From a virus (taxonomy: Duplodnaviria; Caudoviricetes), in IMG/VR virus record IMGVR_UViG_3300024229_000994, positions 1 to 58,877 of that record: a stretch of 58,877 nucleotides of DNA. One strand, given 5' to 3'. Below are positions 20,023 through 29,675 of this stretch, piece by piece (position 1 is the first letter of the stretch; every line of letters begins with the position of its first letter). The position numbers and the translations under genes are program-made. The notes under the pieces are model-generated. The model saw nothing but the letters and a program-made list of their open reading frames with translations, did no database searches and was not told the DNA's origin.

Positions 20023-20749
20023 TAATATTCTTATAGTTTAAAATTAAATCAAAGGCCTTACTTTGGAAAATTCCTCGTAGAAGTTCTGTATTTGGAATGA
20101 CACAGTGCCCGCCAATAAATTTATCTGGCGGTGTTAGTACTGGTCTAACTACATCCTCTTTGCCTAGCTCTTTATACCCATTGTTATACGTTTTATTCCA
20201 ATCAGTTATTATATCGTAATTTAAATTTAATTCCTCAAAATGCTTTTTCATTTCACCGTGAAAAGCTATGCATAACCCATAATATGTTGTACTATATAGT
20301 TTAGCTAGCTCTGTATTAGCTGGACCCTTTATGCTTTCGAATGGTATTTTTAATTCATTATAATGACATTCGCATAATTCCTTACCTTCATTATCTACAT
20401 AACCAATGTATTTTTTAAACGTTTTTAAACCATCATACAAATTTGGATGTACGCCTCGTACTGGTGAGTGTACAACACTGCAACTAACCCTCCCAGCAAT
20501 ACGTTCTGTTATACCGGGAGTGGTTGAAGTATGAATTATACAAAGTTTGGGATTATATTTCTTAATATAATTAACTACTACCGTATCGAAAAAATCTACT
20601 AGAGGTAGGCAAATATTCATTATATCGATATTTTTATCACCGGTAATGAAATTCTTATCTATTATTGTAAGTTTAAATTCACTATAATCGTTATAAACCT
20701 GCTCTAAGGATTTACCTATTTCCCCGTACCCTACTATCGCTATATTCAT
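20009..20749 (-). CDS. NDP-sugar 6-dehydrogenase-like protein (short form)
   Basis: IVGYGEIG Rossmann motif, VHSPVRG, ELAKL, IGGHCVIPN. Confidence 0.8.
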   Translation of the reverse strand: MNIAIVGYGEIGKSLEQVYNDYSEFKLTIIDKNFITGDKNIDIMNICLPLVDFFDTVVVNYIKKYNPKLCIIHTSTTPGITERIAGRVSCSVVHSPVRGVHPNLYDGLKTFKKYIGYVDNEGKELCECHYNELKIPFESIKGPANTELAKLYSTTYYGLCIAFHGEMKKHFEELNLNYDIITDWNKTYNNGYKELGKEDVVRPVLTPPDKFIGGHCVIPNTELLRGIFQSKAFDLILNYKNINDKS

Positions 20750-21567
20750 TTTATGTTTAAATATTCAAGTATAGGTTTCAACGTATGGCTATTATACGGT
20801 CTAACTGGCTGACTATCGTAATATCCTCCGGATTCAAGCAAGTTGTTATCAATATTCCAGTATAATCTATCAATTCGTCTAATAGCTCTCTCACCAGACC
20901 AGTCTTCTCTTTCAATACCTATACAACGAGGGTGATCATAACCATATTTTCCACCGTAATTTTCCCATCTACTTATTAATCCTCTTAGTAACGATTCATC
21001 AGAAAATTGATGGAAAGGCTGATTAACTTTTTCCATTGAATCGTGTTCGTGTATATCATACCAACTTTTAAATAATTCTTCATAAGTTAAGTTATTTGGA
21101 TTTACTATTTCTCTCCATACCGAGCCAGTTGCGGTGGTAAATGCCATAGGAAATTTACCGATGTCTGTTCCGCTGTAAGGTGCGTTTCGACTTATACAAA
21201 GTAATTTATCTTCCTCTGCGTACGAAAACCATTTGGTCCATGTTTCGGTTTTATTGAGAATATACATATCAATATCTGCTATTATACAATAGTCATCAGG
21301 ATATTGTGTTGCGAGAAATAAGCGGGTCGCTTTAGATTGTATATCGTCAGTTACGATATTTTTTAAAGGCTTGATTAGAATTATCTCGCCATATTTTTTC
21401 ATTTCCTGTATAACCGGGTCATCTTCATTTCTTTCTGTTATAACAGCACACGTTATTTTTTCAATGCCATACCATTTAGTCCAATTCTGCGCCATACTTG
21501 GCCAAAAGTGGATATAGAGATCTCTTTCATTTGTACATGTTATTATTCTAAAATTTTCTTTATTCAT
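20746..21567 (-). CDS. putative glycosyltransferase (GT-A-like)
   Basis: IIADIDM DxD-like motif and SDESLL; cluster context. Confidence 0.55.
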   Translation of the reverse strand: MNKENFRIITCTNERDLYIHFWPSMAQNWTKWYGIEKITCAVITERNEDDPVIQEMKKYGEIILIKPLKNIVTDDIQSKATRLFLATQYPDDYCIIADIDMYILNKTETWTKWFSYAEEDKLLCISRNAPYSGTDIGKFPMAFTTATGSVWREIVNPNNLTYEELFKSWYDIHEHDSMEKVNQPFHQFSDESLLRGLISRWENYGGKYGYDHPRCIGIEREDWSGERAIRRIDRLYWNIDNNLLESGGYYDSQPVRPYNSHTLKPILEYLNIK

Positions 21568-22208
21568 ACAGAGCCTTGAGGTATATTGTTTATAAAATCT
21601 TGACCGACAAAAGTACCACCATTATATATAGGAGGGTGCACCGGAAACATCAATTCTTTATTGTTAGAGTCATGCACAGTACAGCTATCTTTAATTTTAG
21701 GAAACACCTCATCCATTAAAAATCTTTCATCACATCCGTAATAATTTAAATTACTAACTTTATTAATCAGAGGCATAATTTTAAACTTGTTAGCTTTACC
21801 GCCCCACATCCCCGCCTGGATAGGCCATTTATGATTTGGGTGATCGCGCATTATATGGTAATCTTTATCAGCTGAAATCCACTCTTGGACAGCTGCATAC
21901 TCGCGGAAGTTTAACCGCGAATCGATATCCCTGACTAGATATCGATCTACACTCTCATCATCATTAACAAAAAATCTCCAAAATGCGCCGTAGAACAGTC
22001 CTTTATTATTATTTTTTACAAGTCTAATATCAGCGCCATTTTTATGTAACTCTTTACAGTAATCAAGAGTTACAGTAGTATCTACATAAATTCTTACTGA
22101 CCACCCAGGGTATATTTCCGAGGCTAATTTTAAATTCTCTAATGCACCGGTAATATATTTTTCTTCACTACCCCAGAGACTAAATGATATTACATTTGTT
22201 TTTTTCAT
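21564..22208 (-). CDS. putative glycosyltransferase
   Basis: ISFSLWG, FWRF, VRDIDSR, IMRDHPNH, AGMWG. Confidence 0.6.
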   Translation of the reverse strand: MKKTNVISFSLWGSEEKYITGALENLKLASEIYPGWSVRIYVDTTVTLDYCKELHKNGADIRLVKNNNKGLFYGAFWRFFVNDDESVDRYLVRDIDSRLNFREYAAVQEWISADKDYHIMRDHPNHKWPIQAGMWGGKANKFKIMPLINKVSNLNYYGCDERFLMDEVFPKIKDSCTVHDSNNKELMFPVHPPIYNGGTFVGQDFINNIPQGSV

Positions 22209-22216
22209 TGCTAGTT

Positions 22217-23812
22217 TTAGAATAATGACGAATAGTTATCAAAAATATAATTTTCTGGTATAATAAAATATTTATAACTGTCGAAATTTTTATCAATACT
22301 CTTACTCATTTTTTGATAGTCTTGCTCGGTTAAGTTATCAAGTATTTCTCTAAGTTCTTCAACAGTATTAAACAAAATAATACCATCCTTATCGAAGAAA
22401 TCAGTTATTTTTGATGTACCGTAATATATAGGCACGGTTTTAGTTGCAAAACAATCTATAATTTTTTCCGTGAAGTATGTGTCTTGGATTGAATTTTCTA
22501 TAACGATTGAAAACCTATATTCATCTAGCGCAGATTTTTTATTTGCAAATCGCTTATAGCCACTCCCAAGAACGTCTATTGATGAGTCGTCGATCATACC
22601 CAACTCTTTAATTACTTGATGTCTTAATTGATGACCTGGAGTTTGATTTTTACCGGACGCTATTATAGACATATGTTTTGTCTTTTCAACCTCAGCGCCT
22701 GTTATATACGGGTGTACCCAGCAGCAACCGAACGGATAAAATAAAAACTTTGAACTTATATTAATTAATGCTTCGTCATATGTAAGTATGAAATCAAATT
22801 TTTCGTAATTATTTTCAATATAATTATAGATGTGTGGTATTATAGCTCTAGGCTCCAGTAACCACGCCACTTTTTGTTGATCCGTATTTAAATTATCAAT
22901 AGTAGGAATTGAAGTGTCAGTTAAAAAAATACTCTTACTACCAGAGGTAAGTGTTGGATCCCATTCTATGTTATTTGGACGCTGAAATCGACAACAACTG
23001 CGATCGTAGCTAACAAAATTTTTGTCTATAATATCAATTTTTACCCTTGAATCTTTTTCTGATGATATTTGCCACGACTTAATATAATTGCTCAGCTCTG
23101 CAGATCTCATTTTTTGGATCTTTGTAAATTCTACAAGATTATGATTTTCATTTTTCTGATGAGTACGATCCTCGTGTTGGTTTGATGTACTACTCTCATC
23201 CATATGAGGCAGGTGAAAAAGATACGGCTTATCTGTGTTTATATATACAACCTTCTTACCGAGTTTATGGCTCCGGAGAATAATTTCATTATCTTCATAT
23301 CCCCACCCGGTAAAGTGAGGGTTAAAACCGTTTATATCTTTAAAGCATGCTTTATCCATTAATAAGCACCCACCGACGGCTCTAAGATTTGATACTTCAA
23401 ACATATCATTTTTTTCTAAAAGCTGTAGTTTATACCCCTGCGGGATGATATCATTTAAATCTCTATATGTAAATGTTTCATGCAAGCTAGCTTTTGCGGG
23501 GTAGCTTAGATATAGGGCCGTACCGTTATATCCTATAGCTACTGTGGTTATATCATCCTTTATGGCTTCTATACTCTTACAGAGAGATTCACGCGAAACA
23601 AAAACATCACTATCCAAAAAACATAAGCTATCATAAGTAGCACGTCCAACTCCTTCATTATATAATCTACATTTATTAAATGTTTCATCGGATGATTCCT
23701 GTACAATAATTTCGCAATTAGGTATCATCTGGCGGTAATATCTCTTACAGTATTCTAGATTTTTTTCACGTTCCACCGTATCTGACTTATATGCTATAAT
23801 AAAAGAAATCAT
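22217..23812 (-). CDS. bifunctional glycosyltransferase (GT2/GT7-like plus GT10 fucosyltransferase-like)
   Basis: FLDSD and GFNPHFTGWGYED in the N-half; YRFSIVIENS..DTYFTEKIIDCF..TVPIYYG in the C-half. Confidence 0.85.
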   Translation of the reverse strand: MISFIIAYKSDTVEREKNLEYCKRYYRQMIPNCEIIVQESSDETFNKCRLYNEGVGRATYDSLCFLDSDVFVSRESLCKSIEAIKDDITTVAIGYNGTALYLSYPAKASLHETFTYRDLNDIIPQGYKLQLLEKNDMFEVSNLRAVGGCLLMDKACFKDINGFNPHFTGWGYEDNEIILRSHKLGKKVVYINTDKPYLFHLPHMDESSTSNQHEDRTHQKNENHNLVEFTKIQKMRSAELSNYIKSWQISSEKDSRVKIDIIDKNFVSYDRSCCRFQRPNNIEWDPTLTSGSKSIFLTDTSIPTIDNLNTDQQKVAWLLEPRAIIPHIYNYIENNYEKFDFILTYDEALINISSKFLFYPFGCCWVHPYITGAEVEKTKHMSIIASGKNQTPGHQLRHQVIKELGMIDDSSIDVLGSGYKRFANKKSALDEYRFSIVIENSIQDTYFTEKIIDCFATKTVPIYYGTSKITDFFDKDGIILFNTVEELREILDNLTEQDYQKMSKSIDKNFDSYKYFIIPENYIFDNYSSLF

Positions 23813-24627
23813 ACAGCTTTTAGTTTTTTTAAAAAGGCTATTACCTCTTGATCTGTTACTATAGGCGGGTTATTAGGGGCATGGCCATGCTTCTTAATAT
23901 ATATTTCACCGCCTATCTTAACATTTTTATGAAACGTTTCATTGTTTTTACTAATAGCTGATTTTTCAATCGCATCTTTATGTTCAGATAAAAAATGATG
24001 ACTATTAAATATATCTGCAAAATACCAAAATGGTGGATGGAAACCTTTCTTAATTATTCTATACGTATGATCGACATGCTCCCAAGCATTATAAAAATCT
24101 TCATCTATATAACCAACCTCTTCTATTACACTCCTTGTAAAAAAAGAGAACATACCCGCGACGTGTTGATATAGAGATATTTTTATATCACCGTAATCTA
24201 TAATTTTTCTCGGGGTAGGCTCTGATTCTTGATTAAGCTCGTGTCTGTTATGTATATCAAAATTTTGGCTTTGTCTCCTATTAAACGGAGTACCGGGACC
24301 ATAATTGAAATGTTGAATACCTGTTATATTGGAAGCCTTTATATATTCGGTAAAAACATTATTATCTTTAATAATGATATCATCTTCAATAACAAATATA
24401 TATTCACATCCTCTTTCATATAGATATTTTAGGATTTTATTCTTAGATTTACCAACTCCAATATTTTCACTGTTATTGATAATATGAAACTGTTCGTGTT
24501 GAACATCTAGCATACCGTCGTTAACTATTACCGCTTCATCCACTCTCGATAGATCTACACTAGCAATACAGTCAAGCAAAAAATCATTTCTATTACATGT
24601 AACTATACCTATCCCTATCTTTGACAT
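23809..24627 (-). CDS. GT2-family glycosyltransferase
   Basis: GIVTCNR, IVNDG, IEDDI, VGYIDEDF..AWEHVD. Confidence 0.85.
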   Translation of the reverse strand: MSKIGIGIVTCNRNDFLLDCIASVDLSRVDEAVIVNDGMLDVQHEQFHIINNSENIGVGKSKNKILKYLYERGCEYIFVIEDDIIIKDNNVFTEYIKASNITGIQHFNYGPGTPFNRRQSQNFDIHNRHELNQESEPTPRKIIDYGDIKISLYQHVAGMFSFFTRSVIEEVGYIDEDFYNAWEHVDHTYRIIKKGFHPPFWYFADIFNSHHFLSEHKDAIEKSAISKNNETFHKNVKIGGEIYIKKHGHAPNNPPIVTDQEVIAFLKKLKAV

Positions 24628-24655
24628 TATATATAATTTATATTAAATAATTAAT

Positions 24656-24955
24656 ATGGCCAGCACAGAAGTAAGTATCAAACAACTCCCTACAGTCTCG
24701 AGCATTGAATCTGGTAATTTTGTTATTGTTCAGACTGAGAACTCTACAAATAAGTTAGACTTTAAAGATTTTGTTATAGGTTTCGAGAATATAACTTTTG
24801 CAAATACTATTGAAGCTAATACGACTGGTATTGAAGCTCTTTCAAGTACATTATACGGTAGTACACCTGATACTAATGCAGGACAATCTACCCACTCGAT
24901 ACCTATAACAATAGGCGGTGTAAATTACGCAATAATGCTGTCAGCTACTAGCTAG
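24656..24955 (+). CDS. small structural (tail/fibre-type) protein
   Basis: SIKQLPTV...ITIGGVNYAI; TAAATA 6 nt upstream. Confidence 0.6.
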   Translation: MASTEVSIKQLPTVSSIESGNFVIVQTENSTNKLDFKDFVIGFENITFANTIEANTTGIEALSSTLYGSTPDTNAGQSTHSIPITIGGVNYAIMLSATS

Positions 24956-25745
24956 TAACCTCACCATCAGAACCTAATACCCTCTTAATCTGCTCGCGCT
25001 CGTAAGCTAGCGCTTGCTGGAGATCTTTTGCTTCAATTTGGGAATCGATTAGATTTTGCATTGATTGAGCGTCGGAATCTAAGAACTGACCATCAGAAGG
25101 GTTAATTAATTCATTTAAACTTTCTTCAGTACCACCGATTAGATCACCATCGACATCTAAATATTGCTTAATCATAGCAATTCGAGTTTGGCGATCTCCA
25201 AAAACTTCGATCCAACCAGGAGCATCGTCTTTAGGGAAGAAAGGATTTTTTCCATTATTTTCATGATGCTGCGCACCAATCATCTTAAAGATATTATCAA
25301 TCTCTTTAATATACTCAGGATCAGTTTCACGTACACCGTCGTTCTCGATTTCAACAGGAGCCGCTTTTGTAATAGGTATAAAGAATATAATATCTAAATG
25401 CTTCATACTCTCGCAAACCAATGGTATACATTTATCAATAAATTCCTTATCAATATCACCTACACCCTTTTCAAAACACCAGAGAGAATAGACTAGATTA
25501 TCAATCGGACATCTATCCATAATCACATAATCATCAGACTTAAATGTCTGCATTTCATCGATCATGTGATTTAAAATCTTCCACTGCGTATCTTTTGTCG
25601 CGTTTTTACTATGCGGTAACTTCTCAGATACTAACTTAGCTCTATATGTCGAGCTCTCTGTTCTATGATTCGGCCACTCTTGTACGACGTCGTTAATTAA
25701 TGTAGACTTACCTTGATTACCTGTACCGCTAATTGCAATTCTCAT
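24948..25745 (-). CDS. P-loop nucleotide kinase/ATPase (AAA_28/dNMP kinase-like)
   Basis: RIAISGTGNQGKST, DRCPID, IENDGVRE. Confidence 0.75.
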   Translation of the reverse strand: MRIAISGTGNQGKSTLINDVVQEWPNHRTESSTYRAKLVSEKLPHSKNATKDTQWKILNHMIDEMQTFKSDDYVIMDRCPIDNLVYSLWCFEKGVGDIDKEFIDKCIPLVCESMKHLDIIFFIPITKAAPVEIENDGVRETDPEYIKEIDNIFKMIGAQHHENNGKNPFFPKDDAPGWIEVFGDRQTRIAMIKQYLDVDGDLIGGTEESLNELINPSDGQFLDSDAQSMQNLIDSQIEAKDLQQALAYEREQIKRVLGSDGEVTS

Positions 25746-25802
25746 AATACTATTTTATACTATAAACTTGATTTTTCAAGTACTTAATTTATAATATATC
25801 GT
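25746..25802. promoter_or_regulatory. divergent overlapping sigma70-like promoters
   Basis: Inverted repeat acttga-tttt-tcaagt supplies TTGA on both strands; TATAAT (+) and TAAAAT (-) each lie 16 nt after the hexamer and 6-7 nt before an ATG. Confidence 0.7.
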
Positions 25803-26486
25803 ATGATAGTTTTTAACGAGGAAGAGCATACCTATATAGATACCGAAACAGGCAAGAAGCTTATATCTGCAACTACCTTGATTGGTAAGTATAAGCCGCG
25901 ATTTGATAAGATTGGTAATGCTACACGTGTTGCGAAAAGAGAAGGAGTGACTGTAGATTTCATACTCGAAGAATGGGAAGCAGAAAAGAATAGAGCTTGT
26001 GATTACGGTACACATGTGCATAAGGTAATGGAAGATTTTCTCGGTGAAGGTATTGAAGAGTCAGAATATGAACAGCTATACTCATCATATAAAAAATGGG
26101 AGCATATATTTAAAAAGTTTCCGGCACTCACATGTGAGATGAGACTTAATAATATTGATCTGAATATTGCCGGTACGGCGGATTTAGTATACGAGAATAA
26201 AGACTACTTTTATATCGGAGATTTTAAAACGAATAAAGCTTTTAGATTTTATAGTGAGTATAATGAGTTTTTTAAGAAACCAGTAGACCATCTAGGGGTA
26301 TGTGAATTTAATACATACTCATTGCAGCTCTCACTATATGCATATCTATACGAATTAAGCAGTGGAAAAAAATGCAGCGGTTTAGTTATCTTCTATAAAA
26401 ATAACGACGCTTGGTATCCAATTCGTTTAAACTATATGAAGAAGGAGATTATTGCTCTAATTGAAGATTACAATAATCCCAGTTAA
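25803..26486 (+). CDS. PD-(D/E)xK exonuclease (Cas4/RecB-like)
   Basis: GTHVH, IAGTADL, GDFKTN, QLSLYAY. Confidence 0.85.
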   Translation: MIVFNEEEHTYIDTETGKKLISATTLIGKYKPRFDKIGNATRVAKREGVTVDFILEEWEAEKNRACDYGTHVHKVMEDFLGEGIEESEYEQLYSSYKKWEHIFKKFPALTCEMRLNNIDLNIAGTADLVYENKDYFYIGDFKTNKAFRFYSEYNEFFKKPVDHLGVCEFNTYSLQLSLYAYLYELSSGKKCSGLVIFYKNNDAWYPIRLNYMKKEIIALIEDYNNPS

Positions 26487-27069
26487 CAATTTTTAAGAAT
26501 TGCTTGATATACTTTTCTCGATCCGGTCCGTACTTCTTATAATATGCATGCTCCCATACATCAATTCCTAAGATAGGAGTACCTTGATCAAACATAAGCG
26601 GGTTATCTTGTTTGTCTGTCTGTACAATTTTTAATGTATTACCCCTCTTGACGAGCCATACCCACCCTGAACCGAAGTGTGATTTAGCTTGTTCTGTAAA
26701 TTCTTTATAGAAGCTCTCTACTGTTTTATACTTCTTTTCGATAGCATCTTTTATATTGCCTCTAATTGGATGTCTATTAGGCGTCATCATATTCCAGAAA
26801 AGTTGATGATTATAAGCTCCTCCTGCATTATTACGAACAGCGGCTTTTTTATTACCGGCCTTTTTAATTAATTCTTCTAAAGGAGGCTGTGATACACCTA
26901 CAGCATTATTTAATTTTTGTACATAACCCTTATAATGCTTATTATAGTGGAGCTTCATTGTCTCCTCATCAATATAAGGTTCTAACGCATTAAATGCGTA
27001 TGGTAGTTTTACTGGCTTATAACCGCCTACCTCTTCTAGAATTAAATCTGCTAACTTATCATAGTTCAT
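26449..27069 (-). CDS. sod: Fe/Mn superoxide dismutase with an N-terminal extension
   Basis: LPYAFNALEPYI, HYNKH, NHQLFW, FGSGWVWL, DVWEHAYY. Confidence 0.95.
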   Translation of the reverse strand: MNYDKLADLILEEVGGYKPVKLPYAFNALEPYIDEETMKLHYNKHYKGYVQKLNNAVGVSQPPLEELIKKAGNKKAAVRNNAGGAYNHQLFWNMMTPNRHPIRGNIKDAIEKKYKTVESFYKEFTEQAKSHFGSGWVWLVKRGNTLKIVQTDKQDNPLMFDQGTPILGIDVWEHAYYKKYGPDREKYIKQFLKIVNWDYCNLQLEQ

Positions 27070-27266
27070 TTCTTACCACCTTTCATATTTGCACACCAAT
27101 GGTACATCTTACCTTTTTCACCACCGTATTTTTTAGCTTTTTTACGGAGTTCGGTAACCGAACCTTTACAACTAGCTCCGGCTCTCTTAACTCTACCTGG
27201 TTTACTCTTACCCTTCTTTTTACCATCGGCATAGTTTTCTGAAAAAAATTGTATAAATGAATTCAT
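27066..27266 (-). CDS. small basic Cys/His protein
   Basis: MNSFIQFFSEN followed by a K/R-rich body with C and HWC. Confidence 0.75.
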   Translation of the reverse strand: MNSFIQFFSENYADGKKKGKSKPGRVKRAGASCKGSVTELRKKAKKYGGEKGKMYHWCANMKGGKK

Positions 27267-27652
27267 TTTTTAAGGAAGAGTAAGTCTTTGTAAGCTTTTT
27301 TACTTAGTCTCAAGCTATATACCATATTTATATCAACGAACCTAAAGCCTACATGCTCGTGACTTAATTTTATAAATCTCGATTTAAGTTTACTGTAAAA
27401 AATTACTCTTTTCGGTTTTTTGCTGAGAATACGCACTGGTACCATATCTACTCCGGTCTCTTCTTTAAATTCACGCTTTGCGCCAGTTAATATATCCTCG
27501 CCTACTTTGATATGACCGCCTGGTAATTCATACGTGCCATCTTTATTCTGTAGGAGTAATAATTTACCCATGTAAATTGCTATAGTTTTCGCTGAAATAC
27601 TCGAATCATTCGCTGAACGTTCGCTTTCTTTAGTAAAATTAGGTGGAGACAT
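27263..27652 (-). CDS. NUDIX hydrolase
   Basis: PGGHIKVGEDILTGAKREFKEETG Nudix box. Confidence 0.9.
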   Translation of the reverse strand: MSPPNFTKESERSANDSSISAKTIAIYMGKLLLLQNKDGTYELPGGHIKVGEDILTGAKREFKEETGVDMVPVRILSKKPKRVIFYSKLKSRFIKLSHEHVGFRFVDINMVYSLRLSKKAYKDLLFLKK

Positions 27653-27657
27653 ATAAG

Positions 27658-27669
27658 TATTTATAAATA
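27658..27669. promoter_or_regulatory. palindromic bidirectional T4-type late promoter
   Basis: TATTTATAAATA reads TATAAATA on both strands, 5 nt (minus) and 8 nt (plus) from the ATGs. Confidence 0.8.
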
Positions 27670-27677
27670 TTTATGAC

Positions 27678-28160
27678 ATGTTTGGACTTATTACAATGTT
27701 ACTTACAACGCTCGGTGCAACGGGTATGGGCTCGATGCTCAAGATTGTCGGTGGTCTCTTCGCAGGTATATCAGACGCTAAAGACTCTAAAGCTAAAAGA
27801 GAGCTTATTAGAGATATGCAAATGCAAAAAGCAGATCTCGAATTTCAAAAAGCTGTTTTTGGTGAAATGGATAAAGATACATCTGCTTTTACCCGTGGTA
27901 CTCGCAGGCTCATTGCTCTTATCGGGATGTGTAACTTTTTCGTCATCTCAGTCCTCTGCACCCTCTGGCCAGGAGTTGAGCTCGTTACCTTTACCCCTCC
28001 CGAAAACAAAGAGTCGTTCAAAATCCTCTGGGGATTGGTTTCTTTCCCCTCAGGAGCAGACATTACCACCTCAATTACGACAGGGCACATTGCTTTGGTC
28101 TCAATCGCCACTTTGGGAGCGATAATTGGTTTCTACTTTACACCAGGAGGTAAGAGATGA
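27678..28160 (+). CDS. multi-TM membrane protein (holin-like)
   Basis: Several hydrophobic segments; C-terminal IIGFYF. Confidence 0.65.
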   Translation: MFGLITMLLTTLGATGMGSMLKIVGGLFAGISDAKDSKAKRELIRDMQMQKADLEFQKAVFGEMDKDTSAFTRGTRRLIALIGMCNFFVISVLCTLWPGVELVTFTPPENKESFKILWGLVSFPSGADITTSITTGHIALVSIATLGAIIGFYFTPGGKR

Positions 28161-28441
28161 TAGGTGATATATTGACATTTATTGAAAAAGTTGGTTTACC
28201 TATTACAGCTGCATTAGCTGTTGGTTGGTTTTTATTTATAATTCTTAAGTTTATTTTAGCTCAAGTAAATAGTAGGATTTCAGGTTTAGGTAACTCTTTA
28301 TTATCTTTAGAAAATAAAGTTGATGTAATGAATAATGATATTGTGAAAATTGACGCTCTTTTTTCTAGTGCATTTAATGTTGAACCAAACCTTGATCGCA
28401 TTGCAGCGAGCGAAGGTAAAGAAGATTGTAGAGACGATTAA
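28157..28441 (+). CDS. TM plus coiled-coil membrane protein
   Basis: KVGLPI..TM..NNDIVKID; AGGAGG SD upstream. Confidence 0.75.
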   Translation: MIGDILTFIEKVGLPITAALAVGWFLFIILKFILAQVNSRISGLGNSLLSLENKVDVMNNDIVKIDALFSSAFNVEPNLDRIAASEGKEDCRDD

Positions 28442-28443
28442 TT

Positions 28444-28740
28444 ATGAGTGGTTACGAATTTTCACACTGGGCTGATATTATAACAAAATTTGGATTCCCT
28501 GTTATTGCTTTAATAGGTTTAGGTTCATTTATATGGTATATTTGGAAATGGGTAACTAAACAAGTTAATCCTTCTCTAGATAAAGCTGGAGCTTCTCTAG
28601 GTAAACTTAAAAAACAAATACAAGCTCTAGATAATGATATGATAAGACTGGATATGAAATTAAAAATATTAATTCAAGAACGTCATATTATAGATAAAAA
28701 TAGAAAAGAACTTATATCAGAGAAAGAAAAACCCTACTAA
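28444..28740 (+). CDS. TM plus coiled-coil membrane protein (paralogue of the previous gene)
   Basis: KFGFPV..TM..DNDMIRLD. Confidence 0.75.
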   Translation: MSGYEFSHWADIITKFGFPVIALIGLGSFIWYIWKWVTKQVNPSLDKAGASLGKLKKQIQALDNDMIRLDMKLKILIQERHIIDKNRKELISEKEKPY

Positions 28741-28784
28741 CCGCAGCTAGTAGGGGACTTAGATACTCCAAGAGACAATCTAAG
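28727..28784 (-). terminator. double hairpin/terminator between convergent genes
   Basis: ccctacta-N8-tagtaggg with an A tract, plus cttagat-N13-atctaag. Confidence 0.65.
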
Positions 28785-28798
28785 GGGTGAAAAAGTAA

Positions 28799-29005
28799 TT
28801 ATTTTTTAGCAGCAGGTTTTCTACCTCTCTTAATAGCTGGCTTCTTCTGCTTAGCTTTAAACTCTGCAAGTTCCGCCTCCGCTTTAGCAGCTAATTCCTT
28901 TGCTTCTTGAACTACTTTGTTAACTTCTTCTAGGTTGTTACGCGTAACTAAAGCACCGGTGATGATACCAGCTACAAAAACAACAATATATGTTAGTATT
29001 TCCAT
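28799..29005 (-). CDS. small membrane-anchored protein with a basic tail
   Basis: N-terminal TM, helical middle, KRGRKPAAKK. Confidence 0.75.
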   Translation of the reverse strand: MEILTYIVVFVAGIITGALVTRNNLEEVNKVVQEAKELAAKAEAELAEFKAKQKKPAIKRGRKPAAKK

Positions 29006-29055
29006 AAGACAATTATTTAATCAAAATATAACCATGTTCAACAATAAATATTAAT

Positions 29056-29295
29056 ATGGACAACACACAATTAAAAAAACTTTCTAAAATTGAATTAGAG
29101 GAATTAGGTAGAACAAAAGGTATTGAATTGGATAGAAGATCTAATAAAAAAACATTAATAGCTCAGATATCCAGTTTATTGAAAAGGAAACCCTCAACAA
29201 CATCTAAAGCAGCTAGTTCATCTAAACCTGTTAAGTCATCTGCAACCCCAGCATCGCGCGGATTTCGTGTAAGTCCTGGTAAATCTAACGCATAG
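29056..29295 (+). CDS. small helix-extension-helix (Rho-N/HeH-like) basic protein
   Basis: LKKLSKIELEELGRTKGIELDRRSNKKTLIAQI; TAAATA 5 nt upstream. Confidence 0.65.
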   Translation: MDNTQLKKLSKIELEELGRTKGIELDRRSNKKTLIAQISSLLKRKPSTTSKAASSSKPVKSSATPASRGFRVSPGKSNA

Positions 29296-29311
29296 TTTAT
29301 TAAATAATAAT

Positions 29312-29656
29312 ATGAGCAATCTTTCTTTTAATAACGAACTTCTTTTTGGTGGCGGGTCTGTAACTGACGGCGTTTCAGGTATAGCTGGTACTAATACATC
29401 TAAAATTCTTTATAACGCTAATGATAAGGGTACTGACACTACTGTCGTTACAACATCTGCTACATTAAATGGTACTGAGTATGAAATCGATATATTCGCT
29501 GGTTATAACGGTAGTACTTTAGCTATTATTGATAAAGATCGCTTTTCAACACAATTTGTTTTTGCATCAGGCGCATCAACTCAAACAGAAACAGCTTCTG
29601 GGTTTATTTCAGTAAGCCCTTCATTGCGTAGATTATATACGCTCGGTTACGTTTAA
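29312..29656 (+). CDS. hypothetical late/structural protein
   Basis: T/S/G-rich beta protein; TAAATA 5 nt upstream; terminator downstream. Confidence 0.7.
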   Translation: MSNLSFNNELLFGGGSVTDGVSGIAGTNTSKILYNANDKGTDTTVVTTSATLNGTEYEIDIFAGYNGSTLAIIDKDRFSTQFVFASGASTQTETASGFISVSPSLRRLYTLGYV

Positions 29657-29675
29657 AAAATAATTTATAAACATT

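Noticed and set aside
25803-26486. Cas4-like nuclease as evidence of a CRISPR system
   Set aside because: No repeat-spacer array or other cas gene seen; stand-alone PD-(D/E)xK exonucleases are common in phages
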